DNA of 64,000 nt from Octopus sinensis. Its lineage: Eukaryota. Both the position numbers and the translations under genes were made by a program. Numbering within the stretch: position 1 is the first letter of the stretch; the number at the start of each line of letters is the position of its first letter. The stretch is taken from NCBI RefSeq assembly GCF_006345805.1, contig NC_043019.1, positions 14,011,360-14,075,359 on the forward strand, read 5' to 3'. Shown piece after piece: positions 1 through 12,089 of this stretch. The notes under the pieces are model-generated. The model had not been told where the DNA came from. It saw only the letters and a list, made by a program, of their open reading frames with translations, and made no database searches.

Positions 1-1
1 T

Positions 2-250
2 CACAACATCATAAGCGGAAAGTGTAACCTCTCAAAAGAGCTGTTCTTCACTCCTGCTCCAGAGCGTCGGCTGCGGGGTCACCCCGAAAAGCTCTATCTG
101 CGACGATTTCATCTCAATCGAAGGAGAGGGGCTTTCTCCGTCTGGGTTGTGGATCAGTGGAATAAGCTGCCGGACGAGATAGTGAAGATGCCGATGACCG
201 CTCGGTTCAAAGTCTCCCTTGACCACAAGTGGCCTGAACTCTTTACATGA
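2..250 (+). mobile_element. 3' end of a CR1/L2-type LINE ORF2, followed by an (AACT)n tail at about 313-327
   Basis: Frame 2 reads HNIISGKCNLSKELFF...RLRGHPEKLYLRRFHLNRRRGAFSVWVVDQWNKLPDEIVKMPMTARFKVSLDHKWPELFT*. This matches the RGH..KL / FS..VV..WN.LP / FK..LD C-terminal pattern of CR1/L2 reverse transcriptases. Confidence 0.75.
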
Positions 251-605
251 ACACCACCCTGTACATAACTCCATGTCCCCCTACATGGCTTTGCTTTTTG
301 AGCCAAAAAATTAACTAACTAACTAACGTAAAAAGCACAATCCGATGCCATCGCTGTCTTGACTGGTGTCTGTGCCAGTGGCACGTAAAAAGCACCAACT
401 GCTAAGCACCAACTAAGAAGACCTTTAAATTCTTTAGCGTTTAAACCAGCCACATCCAGCCCAAATATACTGTTTTATGGTCAAGTTGGCCAGGTTCATC
501 CTATCACACCTATCCCACAATGTCATACTAAAGATAAAAGCATGTCATCAAAATCTCAAAGCTATGAGATAATGCATGATCATCAACATCAACATTTAAC
601 AGCCA

Positions 606-853
606 TTGTCCATGCTGGCACCTAATCGACCCCAGGACTTATTCTTTGTAAGCCTAGTACTTATTCTATTGGTCTCTTTTGCAGAACCGCTAAGTTACAG
701 GGGCATAAACATACCAGCATCAGTTGTCAAGCAATGTTGGGGGGACAAACACCGACACACAAACATATACACTCACATACATACATACATACATACATAC
801 ATACATAAATACATACATACATACATACATATATACATACATACATACATACA

Positions 854-915
<62 letters not shown>

Positions 916-1086
916 CTTATATACGACGGGCTCCTTTCAGCTTCCGTCTACCAAATCCACTCACAAGGCTTTGGTTGGCCCAAGGCCAACCAAAGTAGAA
1001 GACACTTGCCCAAGGTGCCTCGCAATGGGACTGAACCCGGAACCATGTGGTTCATAAGCAAGCTACTTGCCACACAGCCACTCCTA
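606..1086 (-). mobile_element. tRNA-derived SINE, family A (dominant family, many copies in the window)
   Basis: Reverse complement of the head GGAGTGGCTGTGTGG...AAGTAGCTTGC...GGTTCAGTCCC (A/B-box-like), an internal (TACA)n/(TA)n tract and the shared body. Other copies lie near 5001, 7201, 12090, 14004, 23709, 34122, 35784, 45207, 46745, 52395, 57003 and 57588. Confidence 0.8.
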
Positions 1087-1149
1087 CGCCTTTTGAGAAA
1101 TCTTTTAAATGTACAGGTAGCAGTTTTTGATTTTGTCCAGCATGTTCTT

Positions 1150-1700
1150 GAGAATTTCCAGTTATTCTAATGTTGTTCTTAAGAGTCTGTTGAAAGCTTT
1201 TAGTAATTTTCTTGGAAGCATGCAATCCCAATTAAGTTGAAGAGATAAGATTTGAATTGATGCAGCAATTTGTAGTGAGAGAATTATCTTTGTCCAAGTC
1301 TTGAAAGCATCTTTGTTCTTTCTCATCCTCCAAGTGGTTGAGAGTAAGATGCATTCCATAAATCCGTGCCAGGAATCTCTGACCTCCATTAGCTTTAATT
1401 GGTCCTTAATCTAATGTTGTGAGTTTTTATCAATACCATCCAATGTAGTTGAGTGGTCTTTGTCCTCTATTAAGATGCAGAAGGAACTGAAATATAGCAT
1501 CTAATATGGCCTGTTGTCCACAACGATAGCAGTGACCAGCAAAGTCTATTCTGTGTTGGGCAATTATAGAGATGGGTTGAACATGTCCATAAATCTCCTT
1601 CTTGGACCTCGTGTTCACACCATGAGATGTGCCAGTGAAAGGTAGATGACCACAGTAGGAACACTTTTGATGACAGGTCTGCTCAGTCAGACTTGATGCA
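1150..1700 (-). mobile_element. degenerate RTE-like LINE ORF2 fragment
   Basis: Broken minus-strand frames contain QHRIDFAGHCYR (RTE-type R..FAGHC.R motif) and decayed post-RT residues. Multiple stops and frameshifts. Confidence 0.5.
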
Positions 1701-2491
1701 GAACTAAACGAGAATTCTTATCAGGAAGGGTAAGGGAGTGAACTCCAAATCTTAAATTGATAAAAAATGTGAATGAAGATTGAGAGAGAGAGAGAGAGAT
1801 AGAGACCTGACATGAGAGAGATGAAGGGCAGTTCAGTGCTTTTATTATCAGATGTTAGAACCTTTCAGCACATTCTGCTCTTGACCCCAACAAACATACA
1901 CACACACCACCCATCTTTTGCATCAGACATTTCAAACACATCTCGTTGAGATAAGTAAAATTGTTGTTGGACAGTAAATTAACTGGTTTTTGTTTAATAG
2001 TTCAACTGGTGAAGCTGTGTGGTCAAGTGGTTAGGGTGTTTGCACTCATGAAAGCCAAATCGTCAGTTCGATTCCGGGATCAGGTAGCATGTTGTGTTCT
2101 TGAGCAAAAAACTTCCATGTTGCTCCGGTGCTGCATGGGGGTCAGCATGTCAAAGAATAGGCCCAGGGTTTCCTCTGCATGGCGTAAAAATGCAAATAAA
2201 AGAGGTTGAAGTAGGGTTTGCACTCTGACATCATAAAACCGTAGGTAAGGGCCAATTGCTCAGTTTCCAATTGCGTATAAATTCCCCACCTGAACACGAT
2301 GCTGATCCATCACAGAATCACTCCCTTTTGCCATCTCAGTGGATTGAAGCAATGTGAAAGGAAGTGTTTTGCTCAAGAACACAATGTATTGCCCGGTCCA
2401 GGAATCGAAACCACAATCTTGCAGTCATGAGTCCAACACCATAAGGGCCAGTTTCCCAGTTTCCATGGCCATTAAATTCCCCACCTGGAGA

Positions 2492-2660
2492 ATTCTTCTT
2501 CTTCAATTCTTCTTCTTCTTCTTCTTCTTCTTCTTCTTCTTCTTCTTCTTCTTCTTCTTCTTCTTCTTCTTCTTCTATTCTTCTTCTTCTTCTATTCTTC
2601 TTCTTCAATTCTTCTTCCTCGTCTCCTTCTCCACCTCCCCTTCCTCCTCCTCCTCCTCCT
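2492..2660. repeat. (TTC)n/(TCC)n microsatellite
   Basis: Direct inspection. It explains the poly-F and poly-E ORFs. Confidence 0.95.
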
Positions 2661-3582
2661 CTCCGAGAAGGAGCGTGGCTACATTCAATAATACAACCAC
2701 AGAAGAGCCATTAGCCAGAACACCTTTGATCACAGACCTACTTGATCAGACCTGATACGAGGCTACAACAACAACAACAACAGCAACAACAACAACAACC
2801 ACAACAACAGTTAACTCAACTCACACTTCAACCAATCATTTCTCACAAGAAAGCTCTGGAGCCTTTAACACACAACTCCACATACACACACACACACACA
2901 CACACCACACACACACACACACATGCACATATAGATATCGACACTGCAATATGACCCCACAACATTGGCATTTGTCTTTTGGTTTTACTTTTTCTCCTTT
3001 ACATCTTCTAATCTTACTTGCTTCAGTCATTGAACCGCGACCATGCTGGGGCACTACTTTGAGAGGGTCATCAATAGTATTTATTCTGGTAAACATTTTT
3101 GACCATAGGCACAAGAGTGGCTGTGTGGTAAGTAGCTTGCTTACGAACCACGTGGTTCCGGGTTCAGTCCCACTGCGTGGCACCTTGGGTAAGTGTCTTC
3201 TACTATAGCCCCGAGCCAACCAAAGCCTTGTGAGTGGATTTGGTAGACAGAAACTGAAAGAAGCCCGTCGTATACATGTATATATATCACGTGATCACGT
3301 GACCAACCAGACCATCGGATGTTGTTACACATCGCTGGTCACAATGCGTTCGCGTTGTTTTAGCCTTCAAATTACGCCACCCCGCTGGCTAAGCGAGCAG
3401 GCCAACAGAAGAAAGAGTGGTGAAAGAGTACAGCAGGGATCACCACCCCCTGCCGGAGCATCGTGGAGCTTTTAGGTGTTTTCGCTCAATAAACACTCAC
3501 AACGCCTGGTCTGGGAATCGAAACTGCGATCCTGCAACCGCGAGTCCGCTGCCCTAACCACTAGGCCATTGCACCTCCACAC

Positions 3583-3626
<44 letters not shown>

Positions 3627-3963
3627 GTGTGTGTATATGTTTGTGTGCCTGTGTTTCTCCCCCCAGCATCACTTGACAACTGATGTGTCCATAGCTTACA
3701 CTGGGTACATCTTACAGAGTTTCTATCTATGCCTTTTCTACAGATCACGCAGGGCCATCTACCTGAAGGGATTTGTGGTTTGCCTGCCTTCCTACTTATT
3801 AGGACTTTGGCTTTTGGCACACATATATATATATTTATTTTATTTTATTTTATTTTATCTAGTTTCAGCTCCCGAGCTGTGGCCATGCTGGGGCACTGCC
3901 ATTATGTACACACACAGTATTAATTAATAGTAGGAGATGGATTTTGTATTTGACCTTTATTAG

Positions 3964-4008
3964 GTACAACATATGTTTCGACCCATCAGTCTGGGTCTCT
4001 TCAGGTAC
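3964..4008 (-). ncRNA. minimal type I hammerhead ribozyme motif (canonical core)
   Basis: Minus strand: GUAC CUGAAGA GACCC-agacugau-GGGUC GAA AC-AUAU-GU U GUAC. Stem I 4 bp, stem II 5 bp with G10.1-C11.1, palindromic stem III ACAUAUGU, AAUAAA just downstream. Confidence 0.8.
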
Positions 4009-4107
4009 ATTGATAAAGATACCTCCCTAAAGATTTTTACTGTTGGCTAGCTTGTTGTTATATGTCCATCAACTGTGCTGGTGCTCTACTCAACATTTAA
4101 ACACACT

Positions 4108-4495
4108 GTGGAGGCGCAATGGCCCAGTGGTTAGGGCAGCAGACTCGCAGTCATAGGATCGCGGTTTCAATTCCCAGACCGGGCGTTGTGAGTGTTTATT
4201 GAGCAAAAACACCTAAAGCTCCACGAGGCTCCGGCAGGGGATGGTGGTGATCCCTGCTGTACTCTTTCACCACAACTTTCTCTCACTCTTTCTTCCTGTT
4301 TCTGTTGTACCTGTATTTCTAAGGGCCGGGCTTGTCACTCTCTGTGTCACGCTGAATATCCCCGAGAACTACGTTAAGGGTACACGTGTCTGTGAAGTGC
4401 TCAGCCACTTACATGTTAATTTCACGAGCAGGCTGTTCCATTGATTCGGATCAACCAGAACCCTCGTCGTCGTAACCGACAGAGTGCTTCCAAAA
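4108..4495 (+). mobile_element. tRNA-derived SINE, family B
   Basis: Head GTGGAGGCGCAATGGCCCAGTGGTTAGGGCAGC...GGTTTCAATTCCC. Near-identical copies at about 50374-50750 (+) and 61825-62110 (+), and 3290-3580 and 50100-50256 (-). Confidence 0.8.
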
Positions 4496-4564
4496 ATTTA
4501 AACACACTAATTGACTTTTAATTATTTACCCATTTATAATATATATATATATATAACAGTGTGT

Positions 4565-4683
<119 letters not shown>

Positions 4684-4736
4684 TTATGTATGTATATATA
4701 TTTATGTATGTATATATGAATACATATATATTTTAG

Positions 4737-4910
4737 CATTGACCATCAAACCTAATGGCCATTGGACATCATGGAGTGATTGGTCACACTGTTCGAAAAC
4801 ATGCAACAAGGGCCACCGAAGAAGATTTCGCATCTGCTCGCCTAAGGGTGCTGAATGCAGAGGAGTTACCGTTAGTACGAAAGACTGCTCCATTAGACGT
4901 TGTCACAAAG
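4737..4910 (+). CDS. TSP1-array/Ig/EGF membrane protein, TSP1 exon 1 (first visible exon)
   Basis: ttttAG|...|GTaaag, 174 bp, phase 1-1. [57 protein letters not shown] has the WxxWxxWxxC, CSxTC and RxRxR motifs with six Cys. Confidence 0.9.
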
Positions 4911-5161
4911 GTAAAGAAAGCACTTGAAAATATTTCTTTGCATGTTCGTTTTATCAAAGATTCTTGTTGTTTTGGTTTTATTTTTCTTTTACAAAAGGCG
5001 TAGGAGTGGCTGTGTGGTAAGTAGCTTGCTTACCAACCGCATGGTTCCGGGTTCAGTCCCACTGCATGGCACCTTGGGCAAGTGTCTTCTACTATAGTCT
5101 CGGGTCAACCAAAGCCTTGTAAGTAGATTTGGTAGATGGAAACTGAAATAAGCTTGTTGTA

Positions 5162-5216
<55 letters not shown>

Positions 5217-5217
5217 G

Positions 5218-5250
<33 letters not shown>

Positions 5251-6444
5251 ATATGTTTGTGTGTCTGTGTTCATCCCCCCAACATCGCTTGACAACCGAC
5301 ACTGGTGTGTTTACATCCCCGTAACTTAGCGGTTCAACAAAAGAGATTGATAGAATAAGTACTAGGCTTCCAAAGAATAAGTCATGGGGTCGATTTGCTC
5401 GACTAAAGGCGGTGCTCCAGCACGGCCTCAGTCAAATGACTGAAACAAGTAAAAAATTAAAAGACAAAATACTTGGAGTAATATCGGCTGGGTGGTAAGG
5501 AGGTTGATTCCCAACCACACGGTTCTGAGTTCAGTCCCATTGCAAGGTAACTTGGGCAAATGTCTTCTACTACAGCCTTGGGTCAACCAAAGCCTTCATC
5601 ATTATGCATGGCTGTGTGGTAAGAAGTTTACTTCTCAACCACATGGTTCTGAGTTCAGTCCCACAGTGAGGCACCTTGGGAAAGTGTCGTCCATTATAGC
5701 CTCAAGCCAATCAACGCCCTGCGAGTGAGTTTGGCAGACAGAAACTGTAAGAAACCATTTGTTTATATATATGTGTTTGTGTGTGTGTCTTTGTGTCACA
5801 CTCGCCCTACCCCTGACTGCTTAATAACTGGTGTTGGTGTGTTTACATCCCTGCAACTTAATGGTTTAGCAAAAAAGAAAGAAGCAATAGAATATGTACC
5901 AGGCTTTAAAAAACATATAGTTCTGGGATTGATTTGTTTAACTAAAATTCTTGAAAGTAGTGCCCCAGCATGGCCGCAGTCTGATGACTGAAATAAGCCA
6001 AAGATAAAAGATATGGTTGTGTTTATGTGGTTGTATATATGTCTCCTTGTCTTCACACAGCACGATAGTTGTAAATGAGTGTCACTGTCATACAAGCAGT
6101 GTCGTTCGTTTTCAGTATCGTGTGAAAACATGCCTACCCATGGAGAAGTAGTACCTTGCTTTGAAACACACACACACACACACACACACTCACAAGGCTT
6201 TGGTCAGTTTGGGGCTATTGTAGAAGGCTCTTGCCCATGGTCCCGTTGAACTGAACTTGGAACTATGTGGTTGAGAAGCAAAGCTCTTAATCACACAATC
6301 ACACCTCATCTGCACCTAAGGTCACATCTATATATATAGTGTCACCATATATATACATATATATAAACACTTAATTATAAAAGTGGAAAAATTAACAGAA
6401 AAGCAATTTCTATTCATTTTTGTCAAATATTATATATATATATA

Positions 6445-6575
6445 TATTATATTAATTAGAGATAAAACCACTATTAGGCAAATCAAACAGTGAAAAAAAA
6501 TATTTAAAAAAAAGATTAATAAATAAATAAATTAATAAACAAAATAATATATAAATATAAAAATATACATATATA

Positions 6576-6620
<45 letters not shown>

Positions 6621-6766
6621 ATATATATATTTAAAATTTATAAGTTTAAATTATTTAAATAATTTTTTAATTTTAACTTTTATTTTTTAAATTAATTTTA
6701 TATATTGACTTATGTTTTTAACTGTTTGATTTGCCTAATAGTGGTTTTATCTCTAATTTAATATAA
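6445..6766. repeat. AT-rich foldback (inverted repeat) element
   Basis: Arm ATTAGAGATAAAACCACTATTAGGCAAATCAAACAGT (about 6455-6491) recurs as its reverse complement at about 6721-6757, around a (TA)n-containing spacer. Confidence 0.8.
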
Positions 6767-7583
6767 TATAATATAATATATTTATACTATAAAATTGGAT
6801 TTAATCCTAAGTCTAATTTTCCCCTGTAAGTTTGGATTTATTCCCTAATATTATTATTATTATATATATATATATGTATAGCAATAGCACCAATGCTTTC
6901 TTGTATGCACATTACTGTATGATAAATTCTTTGGGTAAAAAATTGTTCATGATGAAGTTTCCCTGTAGCTTGATCAATTTCTGTTCAAACATCCTCCCCT
7001 GTCAGGAACAGCTATTTATGATTAAAGTGGATCAAATGAAAAGCAACAATTGACTTGGTTTATTAAATATGAATGCAATGATTTAATATTGATATATATA
7101 TGTGTATGATTTTTCTTATATGAATAGGTATGTAAATTCAGTTCTATGCTTTAAGAGATGAGGAATTATGTACACACAATAAGACAAATATATCTATACT
7201 CTTACTCTCTTTTACTTGTTTCAGTCATTTGACTGCGGCCATGCTGGAGCACCGCCTTTAGTCAAGGAAATCGACCCCCAGGACTTATTCTTTGTAAGCC
7301 TAGTACTTATTCTATCGGTCTCTTTTGCCGAACCGCTAAGTTACAGGGACGTAAACACACCAGCATCAGTTGTCAAGCGATGTTGGGGGGACAAACACAG
7401 ACACACAAACATACACACATACACACATATATATATATATATACGTCTACCAAATCCACCCACAAGGCTTTGGTCAGCCCGAGGCTATAGTAGAAGACAC
7501 TTGCCCAAGGTGCTACGCAGTGGAACTGAACCTGGAACCATGTGGTTGGTAAGCAAGCTACTTACCACACAGCCACTCCTGCG

Positions 7584-7616
<33 letters not shown>

Positions 7617-7624
7617 GGTGTTTT

Positions 7625-8400
7625 GCGTATATGGTGTAGTGTTTAAGAGCGCAGACTACTAACCCCAAGATTCTAAGTTCGATTCCAGGCTGTGACCTGA
7701 ATAATAATAATGATGATGATAATGATGACGACGATGATGATGACGACGACGACGACTACGACGATGACGACGACGACGACGACGATAATAATAATAATTG
7801 ACATGAGTATTCCTTGCAATCAAAATATAGCGGCGAAAGAATTTGACAAGATTAGTAAATATAAAGACTTGCTAAGAGAAATCGAAAAAATGTGGCATCT
7901 CAAGGCAACTACAGTACCAGTGATTGTAGGATCTCTAAGAATGATGAAAAAAGGCACTGAAACCTATTTGGAAATGATACCAGGCTTACCATCCCTTCAG
8001 GAAGTGCAAAAAATCGTGTTAACTGGAACGACTCATGTACTGAGAAGAGCATTATCGCTGTGAAAACAACATCCATTCATGAATTTATTTAATTATCAAT
8101 TTTTTAAAATACATATTTTACCTCTGAATTCGCGTGTGTAATCTGGGAAGGCATACAAGGAGCTTCGCTGCCCTAGGTGTATGGAAAACACTCAGCGAGA
8201 AATAAAAAATTTGAAGAAAGAAGGAAAAAAAATAATAATAATAACATCAAAAAATACCTTAGAATGAGAACCCAGGTTCAAAATTTCCCCAAGACACCTG
8301 ATGAAGGCTGGAGGGTATATCAGCCGAAACGTGTTAACAACAAACAAGATGAGGACAAATATCTGTCAAATGTAAATGATGTAGATATATAAATTCACTT
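7625..8400 (+). mobile_element. tRNA-headed SINE with a hammerhead-like tail, interrupted by a LINE fragment
   Basis: Head TGGTGTAGTGTTT...AGTTCGATTCC, then (AAT)n, then a tail with CTGATGA-A-GGCTG...CAGCC-GAAAC (8298-8330). An uninterrupted homologue lies at 51142-51408. Confidence 0.7.
7797..8228 (+). mobile_element. 5'-truncated R4/Dong-like (REL-endonuclease) non-LTR retrotransposon 3' end
   Basis: IDMSIPCNQNIAAKEFDKISKYKDLLREIEKMWHLKATTVPVIVGSL...LQEVQKIVLTGTTHVLRRALSL* (stop 8063), then a 3' UTR with AATAAA. Flanked by TAA-type repeats. Confidence 0.7.
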
Positions 8401-8838
8401 ATACACATTCCATTTATAATTGTAAAGTAAATATGAATATATAGTACAGGAATATATGATACAGATATGCTAAAACTAGAAATTCTTATATATCGTAGTA
8501 ATCCATTATAAACACCAAGCTACCAATATATAAACATTAGCTAGATTAACGAGCAAACTAATGAATTTGAAATGCAATAACTTAGATAATCAAATTTTCC
8601 TTAATGTTCATTTAATGTTCATTAAATGGCTCTCTGTAGATGCTCTGGATTGATGGGTCTTTACAACTAATTCATGTGGTAACTTGATCCAAGCAAAAGC
8701 ATTGGCAGACGACCAGAGCATACGGCACATACTCACTCACTAACAGAGTGACAAGAGTTATTATAATATGATATTAGATATTGTTGTGTATACTTCAAGA
8801 TTTAATCAAACTTAATAAATGTGTGTGTGTGAGCGTGT

Positions 8839-8913
<75 letters not shown>

Positions 8914-8914
<1 letters not shown>

Positions 8915-9290
8915 TAGCAGTATGGCCCGGCGTTGCTCGGGTTTGTTTTGAGAGTTTAGAATTGGAATTTTTGAAAAGTAAAAATTTTGCATTATGTAGC
9001 TTGTTATTCTCTTTAAGTGAACATTTTTCTGGTTGAAATACACTGAAAAATGGCAACACAGCAGTAAAAAAATCGTAAAAAATAGGGATAGAAAAAAAGC
9101 ACCTTTTTGATGTAAATACTTTTTGGTCTTAACATGGTCCGATTTGAAATTTTTATTCTACGGAAGGAAGAGCAAGCCTTCTTCTATCATACTCTCAATT
9201 TTGGTCAACTTGCACCACAGGGTCTCAGAGGAGATAGTGTTAGTTGAAGACTACCAAACCTGCCATACACAGACAACTTCAGTTTTATAT
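8914..9290 (-). mobile_element. non-autonomous Helitron-type element
   Basis: The minus-strand 3' end is a CCCGAGCAACGCCGGG hairpin followed by CTAG|T. Homologous to the + copy at 47705-48092. Confidence 0.65.
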
Positions 9291-9689
9291 GCTGGTGTGT
9301 TTACGTCCCTGTAACTTAGCGGTTCAGCAAATGAGACCGAGAGAGTAAGTACTAGGCTTACAAAGAATAAGTCCTGGGGTCGATTTGCTCGACTAAAGGC
9401 GGTGCTCTAGCATGGCCACAGTCAAATGACTGAAACAAGTAAAAGAGTAAAAGAGAATATGTATATCATGTGTGTATCATTAGCGATTTTCTTCCTCTGT
9501 CTTCCCTTCTTTGGACTTTTTCTATATTTCTGATGAAGAGCTTCGCTCAAAAAATGAAATCCTCTGTCTTTTCTTTCCATCCCTGAGCGTCCAATAATAC
9601 TGTACTTATTCCACGTCCTCGCGTTGTTGTTTTTTCTTGCTTGTTCATGTTTGGATTGACTATATAAATATATATATATATATATGTAA

Positions 9690-10045
9690 GTTATGAGAGG
9701 TAATGGTGTCAAGAAGACTCAAAGGTGTCAGGTAATGCTGAGTAAGAGCTATGAACAGACTATAGTTAAGCTCCAGAATTGGTGATTATATAGATGAGGA
9801 GTCCAATGTAGGTCATGTATCAGCATGTGTATATATAAAAAAAATTAACAGAATGAGATAAAAAAACCAAGGCTGTGAAAGATTTCAGAACATTTATAAA
9901 TAGAAGGTCTTACAGCTGTTTCCAGGATATTTTATATATCCCTTCATCAGAGACAGTGCAAGAAAATGGTTAAATTCTCTTTATAAATGTTCTGAAATCT
10001 TTCAAAGCCTTGGATTCTTTATCTCATTCTGTTAATTTATATATT
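9690..10045 (-). mobile_element. Penelope-like foldback element containing a hammerhead motif (copy 1)
   Basis: About 58-bp inverted arms (9842-9900 / 9980-10038) enclose a hammerhead at 9907-9954. Near-identical copy at 20141-20495. Adjacent to (TA)n. Confidence 0.65.
9907..9954 (-). ncRNA. minimal hammerhead ribozyme motif
   Basis: GUCU CUGAUGA A GGGAUAU-auaaa-AUAUCCU G GAA AC-AGCU-GU A AGAC. Palindromic stem III ACAGCUGU, GUA cleavage triplet. Confidence 0.7.
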
Positions 10046-10052
10046 ACATGCA

Positions 10053-10267
10053 CAAGGGGGTCCTGAATAGCTCCTGGCTTTCGGTAAAAAAAATACAAGG
10101 GGATCAGTTAATTATGATTTTATTCAATATATTCCCTTCTCAGATTCACACACCTGTTGCAGTGGTGTTTCAGTTTTTCTAATCCCTGTCAAAGAACTGA
10201 AAGGTTGGGCCTTCAACCAGGTCTTTCATGATACACTTAAAGCCAGGAACCTTTCAGCAACCCCTCA
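10053..10267. mobile_element. Tc1/mariner-type MITE
   Basis: Decayed terminal inverted repeats AGGGGGTCCTGAATAGCTCCTGGCTTT ... TAAAGCCAGGAACCTTTCAGCAACCCCT. Confidence 0.55.
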
Positions 10268-10272
10268 TATGT

Positions 10273-10319
<47 letters not shown>

Positions 10320-10409
10320 ACATATCATCTATGACATGTATTGATAGACAAATAGATAGTTTATATGCTGTATATTATATATATAATATATATATATTAT
10401 GTATAAATA

Positions 10410-10705
10410 TCTTTATATATAAAAGTGAAGTTGAGTGTCTGTCTCCTACGATTTAGATTCCTAACTACTCCCACATTTTGCGGTGCAGTGTAACCAAAAG
10501 CAGGTATCTTATAGTCGTGATTCATATCGAGCCCTTCTGGATATTAGCACGTGTCTACGATGAGTCTACGATTTTAAAAAAATTTACCATAATTTTTCCC
10601 ATTTTTAATGCATTTTTTGCTATTATGTAAGGGAAGTAACTCTCTAAAAATGCTTATATAGTTATTTCCCTTACAAACCCGAGCAACGCCGGGCAATACT
10701 GCTAG
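10410..10705 (+). mobile_element. non-autonomous Helitron-type element
   Basis: Starts A|TCTTTATATATAAAA and ends CCCGAGCAACGCCGGG-caatactg-CTAG|T. Confidence 0.7.
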
Positions 10706-10842
10706 TATGTTATAAATATATTATGCATGTACATGTATACATATATTATGTATATATCATATATATAAATATATACTGTATATAGTATATATATTACATA
10801 TCTACATATATATACATCTATATATATACACACATATTCTAG

Positions 10843-11016
10843 TATTGCCTATCAAAACCCCTGGCAGCTGGACGTCGTGGAGCGAATGGTCACACTGCTC
10901 AGTATCATGCGACATGGGCATTCAAAGGAGATTCCACCGATGCTTACCAAAGGGCAGCGAATGCCACGGAAAGTCAGTGGAAGTAAACGACTGCATAGAA
11001 AAACAGTGTGACGCAG
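10843..11016 (+). CDS. TSP1 exon 2
   Basis: ctAG|...|GTaac, 174 bp, phase 1-1. [57 protein letters not shown]. Confidence 0.9.
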
Positions 11017-11034
11017 GTAACAATAACAATTTAT

Positions 11035-11540
11035 TTCTCTTCTTCAGTTCTTCTTCTTCAGTTCTTCTTCTTTAGTTCTTCTTCTACTTCTTCTTCTTCA
11101 ATTCTTTTCTTCTTCTTCTTCTTCAGTTCTTCTTCAGTTCTTCTTCTTCAGTTCTTCTTCTTCTTCTTCTTCTTCTTCTTCTTCTTCTTCTTCTTCTTCT
11201 TCTTCAATTCTTCTTTAATTCTTCTTCTTCTTCTTTTTCCTTCTTCTTCTTCAATTCTTCTTCTTCCTCTTCAATTCTTTCTTCTTCTTCTTCTTCTTCT
11301 TCTTCTTCTTCTTCTTCTTCGTCCTCTTCTTCTAATTCTTCTTCTTCCTCCTCCTCCTCTTCTTCTTCTTCCTCCTCCTCCCCTCCTCTTCTTCTTCTCC
11401 TCCCGTCTTCTTCTTCTTCTTCTTCTTCAATTCTTCTTCTTCCATTCTTCCATTCTTCCTCTTCCTCTTCTGTTGCTGTTGCTGTTGTTGTTGTTGTTCT
11501 TCTTCTTCTTCTTCTTCTTCTTCTTCTTCTTCTTCTTCTT
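11035..11540. repeat. compound (TTC)n/(TCC)n/(TTG)n microsatellite
   Basis: Direct inspection. Confidence 0.95.
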
Positions 11541-12089
11541 TATTGTAACTCCTCCCACCTCTATTTTCCACTCTACTTCCTATTTCTTTCAATTTTTTTT
11601 TGTCTTTTTCTTTTTTATTCACCTTTTATTTGTTTGAGTCATTAGACTTCAGACATGCTGCAGCACTGACTTGAAGAATACATTTTCTGTGGATTCTACC
11701 TGTACCTTTCGTTACCAACCCAACTAAAACCACCTCTGGCTCTGTAGTACAAATGTCTTGTTTTCAAACATCCTGAATTAAAATCTTCTACCAAACCTTA
11801 GTCACAATTTATGTTCCTAACACTAGCTGAATGATAACTAAGTTATTTTACTAAATTCTTTCTTATATTTAAAATTAATTGAAAGAAACACAGAACATCT
11901 CAACAGAAATAAGGTAACAAAAGGGTTAACAATTATTGAGAGTGAAACAGTTATCAGCGAGAAACAGGAATCACCACACAGGTCTTAATAGATTATATTT
12001 CCATGTTGCTATGGTAACAGTTAACCCTTTTGAGAACACAGCCTCAGTCACATATATATTTCTGCCTTTCCATTGTAAAATTGCGAACA

